This document shows, in pieces, positions 43,192 through 55,688 of a stretch of 64,000 bases of DNA. The position numbers and the translations under genes were made by a program. The notes beneath the pieces are model-generated. The model did no database searches, was not told where the DNA came from, and worked only from the letters and a program-made list of their open reading frames with translations. Source of the stretch: Psilocybe cubensis (lineage: Eukaryota); assembly GCA_017499595.2 (NCBI GenBank), contig CM039003.1, positions 1,550,001-1,614,000 on the forward strand, given 5' to 3'. Numbering within the stretch: the first letter of the stretch is position 1; every line of letters begins with the position of its first letter.

Positions 43192-43498
43192 AGAATTAGA
43201 ATTGAAGAGGATGTGGCTGGGCCTGGCCATCACATTAGCACCGTGGGAATATGACATGAACTAACCCTGCAAGCGACACGCTTTCGTTTTCTTTCGTGCT
43301 CATCACCATTATTATCTCAAGCAATTTCGCTTATTTCTCGATATTTCTATGGATCCGAATCTGACTTGCTCTCTCGGAATATCTTATGCCAAATCTTGTC
43401 GGCCGTTTCAATGGTTCTGTCCTTGGGCTTCACTGTTTATTTGCTTTCTTCAACAAATCAACCAGCTTTTCTTTCAACTTTGAACTACGCATAACAAC

Positions 43499-44660
<1,162 letters not shown>

Positions 44661-45886
44661 GATAAAAAATTTGGGTGTCTTGAATGGTACAGGCACCTAT
44701 GCGAATTGATGTCTTTTATATGTTCTCTGCCTGGGAGAAGTTCTCAAATAGCGTCCGTGATAAGCTCTTGGTATGTGTTTCATTATTATACAAAAAGCGC
44801 ACGATGATAACATCCTCTTGAAGATTATACCTCGTTAGGGAAACTAGACTCTGATATTTATGACTTTGGAGCCACTTGAAGCCGAGATTCGTATGGATTT
44901 TATGTTCTTGGACTCGTGCCTACTAACGGATCCGTTCCGACTCAATTAGAATCACGCTTCTTTCTCCTCTTTCGGGTTATGGAAGAGGGTCAGAAAGTTC
45001 TTCGTTGTTCTATAGATCTTTCAGGCTCCTGACTCTGCCTTCAATCCAATGGAAGTCCTTGGATTGGCGCATTCCAAGCTTTGCTCCCTGTTTAAATGTG
45101 GATGCGATGGTTTGGATAATCAGAGTGGTTCCTGCATTTTTGATGAAGTCCCATGCTAAACGGATCGATAACATTAGGCCTCCCAACGCCATCGAATGTC
45201 GGTTTAGAACGGCGTCATAAGAGGATCATTGATCCACCCGATAAGATTTTTTAGAGTACTAATAGGTTCCAGATCATATTCTTTTCTTCTCGGACGTGCT
45301 CATATGTTTTGTTTGAGGATCAGGTAGCTGGTGTTTGTGGGCGCGAAGGATATATATTATACGTCCCTATTCACCATCATATCTATGCCTTTCTACAACA
45401 GTTATCAATGTAGAGTACAACACATGGAAGGAAGAACGCGACCTCCATTCCCTTTACACCCCTAGGCTTATCTTGACCCATTTATACGGGGGTTTAACTG
45501 ATTCTCGACTCAATGAAGGTTTCATTACCGTACTCGATGCAGTTATGAAACGCCCCGCACACCCGGTATCGCTAAATTAGTGAGCATTATATAGCCCTAT
45601 AGCACCCGATCTTGTTCCCATTCTTCACACCATTACCTTCCTCCGTTCCCAGCAGCTGTTGTTTATCGAAAACCAAGATATTGGACGTTTATTCTGACAG
45701 CGACCAAGAACTGGCCTGACGAGCGTCTCTATACACCGACTTTGTGCTGCCGTCCGGCTTTATTCGGTCATAACCTATCCAGTTCAGAGTCCAAACCGGC
45801 CCCTAATTCTGTCTAATTGTAATTTGTCAACAATTTTGTAGCCGCCCTCTCAAGTCTTTCATTTCGTTCTAGTTGTAAACGTTATC

Positions 45887-47048
45887 ATGCCATCTCTAAA
45901 CTTCACCACCGGGGAGGATCCACTATCTTTAGACCGGATCCGTTCTGTTTTGGTCAGACTCGAGGACACCATAATCTTTTCGCTCATCGAGCGTGCCCAG
46001 TTCGCGCACAACCCTCGCATGTACCAGAAAGATGCATTCAAGGAGCTCACAGATCTGGGGTTTCATGGCAGTTGGCTGGAGTGGTTTCTGAAAGAGATTG
46101 AAACTTTTCACGGTAATGCATGCATTGATGCTCATACATTCCGATAGTTTCTGACACAGGCGCACAACGCGCTACTTGTTCAGCGAAAGCAAGACGGTAC
46201 ACCAGGTGAGCAGCCATACACACGCACCCGAGCTTTCTCTTTACTGAGGCGCACCTACTAGCCCTGACGAATATCCATTCTCCTCTGATCTCCCAGCACC
46301 CGTGCTTCCACTTTTAGACTTCCCTAAGATCCTGTACCCAAACAAAATCAATGCTAACCCGTCCATTCTCTCCTTCTATACCAACGCGATTGTACCCCGG
46401 ATAACACGTCGAGCAACACTCTCACTCGCAGCGCAGAAGCGTGCACATGGGATCACCGGTAGCGCCGAGTTTGAGGACGACGGTAATTACGGAAGTGCGG
46501 CCACCCTTGATGTAGAAATCCTCCAGTCAATCAGCAAACGCGTACATTACGGTGAGTAGTCGACTACAATCTAGTACCTTCCTGACTATCAGGATGACCG
46601 CTCACTGAACCTGCTCTTTATATGTCCTTAGGCAAATTTGTTTCCGAATCTAAATTTGTAGAGAATCCAGCGGCTTTCATCCCGCATATTCGTAGCCGGA
46701 ACAGGGAGGCGCTGGAGGGTTTGATCACGAAACCCGAGGTGGAACGTAAACTACTCGTCCGACTGCACAAGAAGGCCACGACCTACGCGCAGGATATCGT
46801 TGGAGATGGGGAAGCCCCAGTGAATGGTGTCGGCAAGTCGAGTGCGTCAAGTAAAATTGACGTTGATTGTGTAGTGGACCTCTACGAAAGTTATATCATT
46901 CCCTTGACAAAGGAAGTAGAGGTAAGTTATGAGACATTGCATTTCGAGTATCATTTCTAAACTGTACCAGGTTGACTATTTACTTTGCCGCTTGGACGGA
47001 CTCTCGCAAGAGGAGATAAACAATCTATCTAAACCTAAAGCTTCGTGA
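45887..47048 (+). CDS. ARO7: chorismate mutase (eukaryotic type)
   Basis: [57 protein letters not shown] and [14 protein letters not shown]. Confidence 0.96.
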
Positions 47049-47515
47049 TAGCCAATACTAGAATCTATAGTGCTCCATGTATTTTGAATGTATACGTTTT
47101 GGATAAATGGTAGAATTGTTCTTATTTGGGTTCATCTGTATAGACAGGTCAAATGTAGTATGTATTGATAGTTAACATGAGCTGTGTACACGTGGATATA
47201 CTCAAATAGAAGAGAAGAGATAATCCAGATCCGCAAGTTAATTCCTCCAGGTAGAACTTGAAAAAATATAGCAAGAGAGCAACGAAACGGCAAAGGGAAC
47301 TGGAAGGTGGTAGCAAGTGTGGTGGGCATACAGCATAAAGCGTGACAGAGAATGAAGGAGAATAAACTAAGTAAACAATGCACAGTCCAATGTCAAGGAC
47401 GCAGGGGTATTTGTCATAGAAGTGGTAAAGGGGCGAAGTATATCAAAAGGGCAACGAAAGGAAATAATGACAGGTAAAAATAAGAGATGCATAGATCAAA
47501 CTGATATCACAGAAA

Positions 47516-49725
47516 TCACAATCCTAGCTCTGTCAATCACAAAGTCAGATTCTCCGCTGTTGTGATGTTCAATTGTAGTATTGATATTTTGCTCACCTTC
47601 CAACAAACGTTGTCTTTCTTCATCAGTAATATTGCTGGTTGCGCGCCGCGCTAAAAGTTTCTCAGTTCTGTACTTTTCATACAAAACCTCTTTGGTATGT
47701 ATTTTGAGAAGCTATGAAATGTGTGAGAACGTGTGTCAATGCAAGCCAGCAAAGCAAGACAAACCTTCAAATGAGTAGATAAAACAGCTGTGCGCAACGC
47801 AGCAAAGTCGCAATGATTGGGGTCAAGTACATCAACGGTTCCCCAGCGGAATTTCCGGACAAAGACGCCCTTCAAATCTTCTGGAGGACTATGTAAGAAT
47901 GTATAGTTCCGCACACTATGTACCGAAGCAGGGGTCTCGGGCACGCCTTCGTGGCCGTCCTCAGAGGGCTGAACAATTGGAGAGGAGGGTAGCGCCAAGT
48001 TAGAATGCTCCGGCGATTGTCGCCTTGCGCGACGTTTAGTTGGCTCGGGGGCTATAAGCGCGAACGGGAGCAGGGTGGAAAGGTCGGTCTTCGCTACGAT
48101 ATGGGCGGAGAAACGGACATTGGCAACGCTATCCTTATCGTTCACGTCTGGAGACACGGGGCGGCGGTCGTCCTCGACGGCCTGCGAAAGATCGCGGCGG
48201 GAGCGTGAACGAGAAAGGGCTCTGTGTCGCGTGGAACGGAGTTTGATGACGGGACGAGATTTTCTTTCTTCGTCTTCCTCGTCGCTGTCAGCTTCCTCAG
48301 GAATAGGGCTTGCATGACCGTTTCCATTTGTTTCTTCGTCAGGGAGAGCAAATTGGGTTTGTCTTTTAGGAGTCGCCTTGGGTTCAGCCTTCTTCGTGGG
48401 TCCAAACACGCCAAAATCAATTCCTGCTTCTCCAAGACCCGTGCGCACTGTAAATGAAATGAGAAAATTAGAGTAGTCAGCTTCGTGTTCGCATTTAACG
48501 TCGAAGAAGCTGTTCAAACTTACCAGCCTCCTTGACGGCAGCCAGTTTTTCGTCAGTCAGGGAGTCAGCACGAGCGATCACAGGTAGGACGTTGGCACGC
48601 GCTGTCAGTCTTCGGATTACACGTATTTCAGCGGGAGACATCGTTAGCGCAGAATCTTCTTCATCCTCAGACTCATCCCCAGATGACGTGTCAGCTACGA
48701 GGTCTGGTGGCGTTCGTGCAGAGAGCGTCGTTGCCGAACGTGTTTTCGCGGGTATGGACAACGACTCTCCCCTAGCAGCTGCAGTCATGATAGAATCCGG
48801 GTCGACCATGTAGATGCAGCTAATTGGGAGATCTTAGTCTACAAACTACAGTGAATGTTCGATTAACACTCACAGGTGGATATGCTGATCTCCCTTGCTT
48901 TGTCGTACAACTTTGGACTCCTAAAGGGATACTCAGAATCCAGGTATGGGGCGTCGTCAAAGGTTAATGGGGTACGTACCTCGCTCATGGTATCCGCGTA
49001 CTGCGCGTCGATATACTTGAGGACATTGTTGACCTGGCGTTCGAGCTTTAATTCATGTCCTTCCAAAAAGTCGAGGCCAGGCGTGTCGATGACTGAAAAC
49101 AACACCCTATCAAAGCGCGACTCGCATATTTCGATGCAAGCGGTCTGAATAGCTTGCGTGGTCTTCGTCGAGCCCTTCAAAAACCGTTCCACTGCAGCTT
49201 TCTGGTCGACTGTGGCCCCGGGAGAGGTGTCCGCGGTTTCCAACAATAGCCGGAGCAACGATGTCTTGCCAGTTCCCTTTCCTCCTACCACCTACAAGTA
49301 TCCACAAAGGTCGGTGATGCACGGTACAAAGAAAATTCTATGCTTACCATAAGATTGAACGTGGGTGGGATGCGAGCCCGTCGCTGGCTGTACCTGCCAG
49401 CCGGTGGAGGAGGGACATGTTTGTCAAAGGTTGCCGGCGGCCCCGCCATATATATGGAAGATATCGCACCAGCACCCTGAGTCGCCCTCCCTGTGGACGG
49501 CCGAAACGGTTTATGGAAGGGTATTGTAGCTTCGCTCTGCAAAGAGGTTTTGGCCGCACCTTGTGGGGGAACTGCATCGGGCAGCGACTCCTGGCGTATG
49601 GCGGTAATATCCACAAGATCTTCGGGCCATGGGATGCCCTGGCTATTCAGCTCTGGCAGAGAAGGCGAAGTGCGGATGCGAGGCGACTCGGGCGCCTGCT
49701 TGGGCTTGCGACGGAAGGAAAACAT
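47516..49725 (-). CDS. atypical septin-like GTPase (no C-terminal coiled coil, long inserts)
   Basis: FNLMVVGGKGTGKTS (G1), IDTPG (G3), HLCIYMVDP, NVLPVIARAD (G4), LPFALI, RKFRWGTVDVLDPNHCDFAALR and LYEKYR. Confidence 0.88.
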
Positions 49726-50293
49726 AACGAATCGCCAACAACTTGTTTTTCTCAGGGAACCAAGTTGTCAAGGCGAAAATGCCTGGAAAAAAAGAAGAAA
49801 TATAAAAGGGAGAAATAACGAAAGGAGCGTTGGCAAGTGACAGTGATTGGCCACAAGTGAGTAAGTAAGCGGCAAAGCAACTCTGGAAAACCTGACGCCG
49901 CTGACGAGACAGGGAATCGGAAGACAAAGAGAGCAACAAAACAAAGCTGATTTTCCCGCCATTGGGTCAAGGCACAATGATTCCATGATTGGATCACACA
50001 TATATGAATGCCTCCGAACAACCATCTACAATGTCTATCCTACTTATCAAAACACAAAAGCAATAACTATATTTCAACGACAACCATGGTCGGCAAACAA
50101 ATATACATACAGATCCACTGCTATCAAGACAGGAAGAAAAGAAAAAAGATAGCGAGAGTTACTGCCTATAGAGCCCAATACTTTAAACCCTTGAAAACAG
50201 TCAAAACCAAAAACCAACGAGACATGGGGGAGTAGGACAGATGGTGGGGGGAATAGTAATCTACAAACGAGAACAAGTGATTGAAATGGGCGT

Positions 50294-53200
50294 TTAGGGT
50301 ATACCAGCAGGCGCCGGGTGATTATCCATCCTCATTTTCTTTGGGGCCCGGCTGATATCGCCATGTTCCATGGGCCTTTTTAAATCAACCTCGTCGCCAA
50401 AGTGCATCTCCACATCCCGGCTATCGTGCAAATCATTTCCGGTAGATGGTGTTGGTATCATTCTCGACGAAGGAGGTGACACTGACCGAGGAGAGTCGGG
50501 CTTCGACGTTGACGAGCGACGTGATTTCTTTTGCCCAGGTCCGTTCGAATAGGCTGATTCATGCACATAATTGCAGTCGAGCTGTCGACGGGCGCAACTC
50601 GCGCACGCGGGATGTGCTCCGTCGCACTTTGTCTTGCGAGCTATAAAAAGGCATAGAAATAGACGTATTAGACTTCATCACATGCGCGCGCAGAAGAGGT
50701 ACAAAACAGGTATCAAAAGGCCTAAAAACACGCACCTCGACAGTAATTACACGCCACAACCTTTGGTCCGGAGCTGGTAGATTGCCGACCAATTTTTCCG
50801 GGGACAGTGGCTGCTCGTTTCCGTTGTGCAGCTTGAAGGTCGGAGGCAGGTCTGATGGGAGGGAGGTTCGGGGCAGACATCGGTGCAGGTGTGGGAGGTT
50901 CTGTCATAGGTAAAGTCGCGATATGGGGTACCTCGTTGTCGGGGAAATACCTGCGCGAACTTTCTCCCATGGATGCAGAGTCCACTTTGAGTCGAGAGGA
51001 GGAAGCGGCCGAAGAATCATCACGGCGCTCGCTCATGGTAGACATAGACGGTAAAGAAGGTGTGTACCCCTCATGCTGGTGTCGTCCAACATTGGAACTT
51101 CGGCGTGAAGGGGTTTGGGAGGGAATTTCAGGAGAAAGAGAAGGCTCATCTGCCTCGGCAGATCTCTCGTCTCCACTGTCGCTGCCGCTTTCGTCGCCTT
51201 TCCTCTGTCTCTGTGTCCCACGTCGTTTATTTTGGGGCATATAGTCACAAGGATTGTTACGTTTCAAACATTGGCCGCAAGTAGGACGGCCTCCGTCGCA
51301 TTTCAATTTCCTCGCTGTAGCCAGAAAGCTTCTTCAGAATGTTGTTGAGAGAGACAGAATGGAAGAAAAGCATACAGCGACAAAAGTTGCATGCAACTGT
51401 TATCTTTTTGGAACGTGGCGGCTTTACCCCTAGTAAACCAGGAACAGAAGACATGTCAGTAGATCGCCCACACATAACAGATATCGGATCTATACGTACT
51501 GGCCATAGCAGCTCTACCGGCGCTGCTGGCAGGGATAGACTCTGGAAGGTTAGTACGAGGTGGGGGTGCGCTGCGAACATCACCAGGATATCCGTCGTGT
51601 CGCTGTTGTTGTTGTTGAGGCGGTTGTTGTTGTACAGTAATAGAACGAGGATGCGCAAGAGGCTGAGGAGCAGTGTCGATAGCCAAGATAGGTCTAGATG
51701 TGTGTTGCATAGTAGGGATGTGGGATAGGTGTGAAATGTTGGACGAATGCCGAGAGGTAGGGCGCTGCAGGGTATATTCCGACCTAAATTTCTCAAACAA
51801 ATATAATCGGGTATAACGCTGTAGAGTCTATCATATCATCAAGAAAGGGTCGGGGGTAAGAAAAGTAACATCAGAGATTGAGATTTCGGATGAGTGTGAT
51901 GCTTCTTACCTCCATGTGATGAAAAATAGCGGCGCGGAGCGAGAGAAAGTCACTGTGGGCAGAATCCAGAACATCCAGGGTGCCCCATCTGTAAGAGCGG
52001 ATGAATTTGCCGCGGGGGTAGGGAGAAGGAATTGAATAGTGTGTAGACGGCGTGTATTGTTGCACCAGCTCATGTCGGGACAGCGTCCTTCTAGAAACGC
52101 CGTCACTATGAGAATACATGTCTGGAGAAATAAGAGCATAGGGTAGGCGGAGCAATGGCGGCGACGTAGGCGACGTCGGGGGCGTGCTGTTGGCTGCTGA
52201 AGCTCCGTTGGGACCGTGCCCATACCCGTTCGAAGAGTCGGGCCTATTGGCAGAGTTTGGCCGTTCGTCCTGGGGATACGGTGTACTATCCGTATCAAAT
52301 ATCCCGAAGCCAATGCCAGCGTCGGCGAGATCCCTGCGTATGGCGAGTTTGACAGCCGCCAATCGATCATTCGATAAGATATCCGCTCTGGCGATCACAG
52401 GGAGGACATTGACACGTCCTGACAGACGGCGTATGGCCGCGATGTCGGCCTGGGGGAGGGTAGGACGGGCAAGGAGAGGGTTAGTAGTCACAGGGGGCTC
52501 GAGAATTACGGGCTCATGGTCGGGCTGTGAGAAGCTGTTGGTGCGTGTTCGGGGAATGAGCGGGGCAGGAGGCCCCGGAACTGACGGCGGTACAATCTGG
52601 TCCGGGTCCAAAAAGTAGATGCAGCTGCGCATTGTGTGGGATGAGGCTGGGCGGTGAGCAGACGATGAGATGCATTGAACACGTACAGATGAACATAACG
52701 GTCACCGCTCTGCGCTTTCCATTCCTATGTAAAAGGAAAAATGGATTGTCAATAACGGCGGGGAGGCAGGGGGAAGAGTAACAAATAGGCGCCTCACATC
52801 ATCAAGACCTTCCGCGAAACGGGAATCTATATGCCGCAAGGTTTCGGTAAGGATACGGTCTGCAGCAACCTCGTCTCGAAAGTCCAGAGAAGGAGTATCG
52901 ATGAGAGTGAGCCCCAGCGGTTGATGCTGGCCCGTGCCGTCATCGAGAAGAATATCTATGGAGGCCGCCCGTATGTACGAGGTATGGCCACTGCACCCCT
53001 GGACAAACTTTGCGACCGACGCCAACTGATCCTTGGTAACCCGCTGGGAGACGACACTGGTATCGAGGATCAGACGAAGAAACGATGTTTTACCTGATCC
53101 GAGCGCAAACAGAACGGTCAGCATTGAGGACGGAACCCCGGAGTTTCATAACCACCAGGCCGTGTTGCGCGACGCTTTTGCACGATTCGCGCTCGCAAGA

Positions 53201-53462
53201 CACACCGGGGCGGAATTGGAAATTAGGAGACTGACCTCCTCGACAGCCCGCGACGAGCAGATTGAATTCTGGGCGAATATTGTCTGTTATGGGGAACGGA
53301 ATATGGGCCAGTGGCAAAGATTAGGCGTTGTGGTAGCTTACCTGGGGCTTCGTGTTTGTGAACGGACCCAGCAGTACTAGCTCCTGGATATTGACCTGGG
53401 ACGCCCTGCAGCGTTGAACGGTCGTGGTCGTCGTGGCGGATCCGGTGGTCAGAGTTGTTCAT
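50294..53462 (-). CDS. septin-like GTPase domain fused to two Zn(II)2Cys6 binuclear clusters (predicted 841 aa, 9 exons)
   Basis: Exons 53462-53342, 53283-53236, 53093-52798, 52724-52687, 52624-51910, 51827-51500, 51429-51376, 51314-50736 and 50640-50294. All introns are GT-AG and the summed 2526 nt stay in one frame. Septin motifs are followed by CNFCRSRKLKCDGGRPTCGQCLKRNNPC and CNYCRARKTKCDGAHPACASCARRQLDC. Confidence 0.78.
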
Positions 53463-54026
53463 GGAGGTGGACAACGAACGGCGGAAGGCCAGAACGGGGA
53501 AAGCAGGATTGCCCGCAAACACGCAAAGTGCAAGCGCGGTGATTTCGTCTTGATGCGAATGAACCGAATCTCGCTCTTTGCCACCGAACCAATCGGAACA
53601 AATCAAGGTCCACTCCAACTTAACATTTCCGTGTTCTTATGTCCAAATAATTATCAGGGTCTCTCTAAAAAATAAAATAAACTATCTGCTAGATACAGCA
53701 TGAAAATACAAGTAGATTTATTACGGTGAAAAGTGTCGTCCAGAACACCAAGTTTAGGGTACGAATATCGTGGGAGCGGTCGGTATGCGCCTCAAGTGCG
53801 CAAATAAGGGGCTAAGAAAAGAGTGGATAGCAACAGAATACGTAAGTGGAAGACTCCCCAGGAGGATCTGTCATTGGCGGACACCGAAAAAATGAATGTG
53901 GGGAAGCTAGAGGCACGGAATCAAAATATTGTTTTTCTGATGCAACCGACTCGAGCACAGCCAACGGGCGGCAGGGTTCGTAGACGTTGAATAAAATGTT
54001 TCCCGGCATGCTGATCCGTACCGTGA

Positions 54027-55511
54027 TTAACCCATACTTCGATGTATGTTTTCTGCATCCGTCCGATCTCCAGTGTCTGTTTCCCGTTCACGGGAAGCAT
54101 AAAGGCCCGGATGATCTTCTTTCGGGGGAGGAGGGGTCATGTACTGCGGTGACACCTCCGGAGGCTGAAAGGCAAAGTTGTCGAGCGCCATCACGGAAGT
54201 GTAGGGACGAACTTCCGGGGCGAGAGCATCCAATTCATGCTCGGGCACGGAGCTAGACGGACGGTGGGCAACATTTCTAGATGTTGACATGGCTCTTCTC
54301 GAGCGGGTTCCTTTCGGAGCTTTACCAGGACCACGGCGTCGTTGATTAGAGACATACTCGCATTGAAACTTGCGGACCGTGCAATTCCAACAGGAGGGCT
54401 TGGCACCGTTACAGCGAAGCTTTCGACCTGTCGTGTGTGTGTAAAAAAAAAAAGTCAAAAGATGTGACGGTTATTGTATTGATATGTTTCTCACCTCGGC
54501 AAAAGTTGCACGCTACGGCCGTCTTTTTGATGTTTCTAGATTTCCGAGCGCCCTCGTCAGCGGAAAGAGACTCTGCCCTGCGGCGCTTGCCTTCATGGGC
54601 TCCACCGGGGGCAGTGTCGGGGTCAGTGTCGACAGAACGTGGAATAGAACTAGACCGGTACGCAGAAGAATTCAAGTTTGGGCTCCTCAAGTATGCAGAG
54701 CTGGGGGCCGATAGAGAGAGAGAACCGACAGGGGCATAAGTATAGGCATCTTGGCGATTAAACATGGACGCGTCTTCCTGGGGCAACATGGTGAATTGCT
54801 GCTGAGCAGGGGGGAGACTCTCGAATTGATAAGATGGGTGTTGATTGATGTTATACGGTACAGCTATTTATGGAATCAGAGAGTATAACATTAAAAAAAA
54901 GTGGAATAAAAAAACATACCTGAGGGCCAATACTGGTCGGTCCTCTCGAGAAAGTTTTGTTCTGACACACGCGCAGATGGAGCTCGTCTGTCAGAATACT
55001 GTAGCTGCTGCTGCTGCTGGGCACTGTCATGATAGGGACGGCGCTCTGAGAACTGGCTCTCGGTGGGCGGCTGTCGCTCGGTCCACGGCAGCCTCTCGGG
55101 GTACGGCTCTCTTTCGGGGTACGGCAGCCTTTCGGTGGAGGACTGCCTATACGGCTCCCTGGTGGGGTAGTGATCCCTGGCCGGATAAAAGGCTCTGTCT
55201 GTGTAGTAATCCCTTTCGGAGAGCCGGTCGTGGGCCTCCGGAGGATAGAGCCTGTCTCGGCCAGGATAGTAGTCTGGATACGGGTGTGTGGCAGAGCGAG
55301 CGAGGGAAGAAGGGCCTGGCTCACCGTCAGCCCAGGTGGGAGAACGGGACTGTGGGGGATAGAGATGGGTGAAAGGGGGTGAGACGGGGTGGTCGGCGTC
55401 GTCGAGAAGGGTTGTGCGGGTAGAAGAGTCCCTTGGCTGCTGGGGCGCTGTGTAAAGGTGGGGAATGAGGCTGCTGGGAAGGGAGCTCTGGCGGAACTGG
55501 TCGCGGTCCAT
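54027..55511 (-). CDS. Zn(II)2Cys6 transcription factor-like protein
   Basis: Exons 55511-54920, 54863-54495 and 54427-54027; CNFCRGRKLRCNGAKPSCWNCTVRKFQCEY followed by RRRGPGK. The 3' end is uncertain. Confidence 0.85.
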
Positions 55512-55688
55512 GAGAGGGCATTGGAGAGTCGCATTGGCCTCGACACATTCATCTCATCCGCATTGCGATCACTCGAAAGACATGTTTGACCATTTCCTAT
55601 TCTTTCTACCAAGTTGGTCCCGCCTTCCATTTTCGGCTACTTATGTCCGATCCTCTCACAATCCATTTCTCAATTTTCTCCAGTCACC

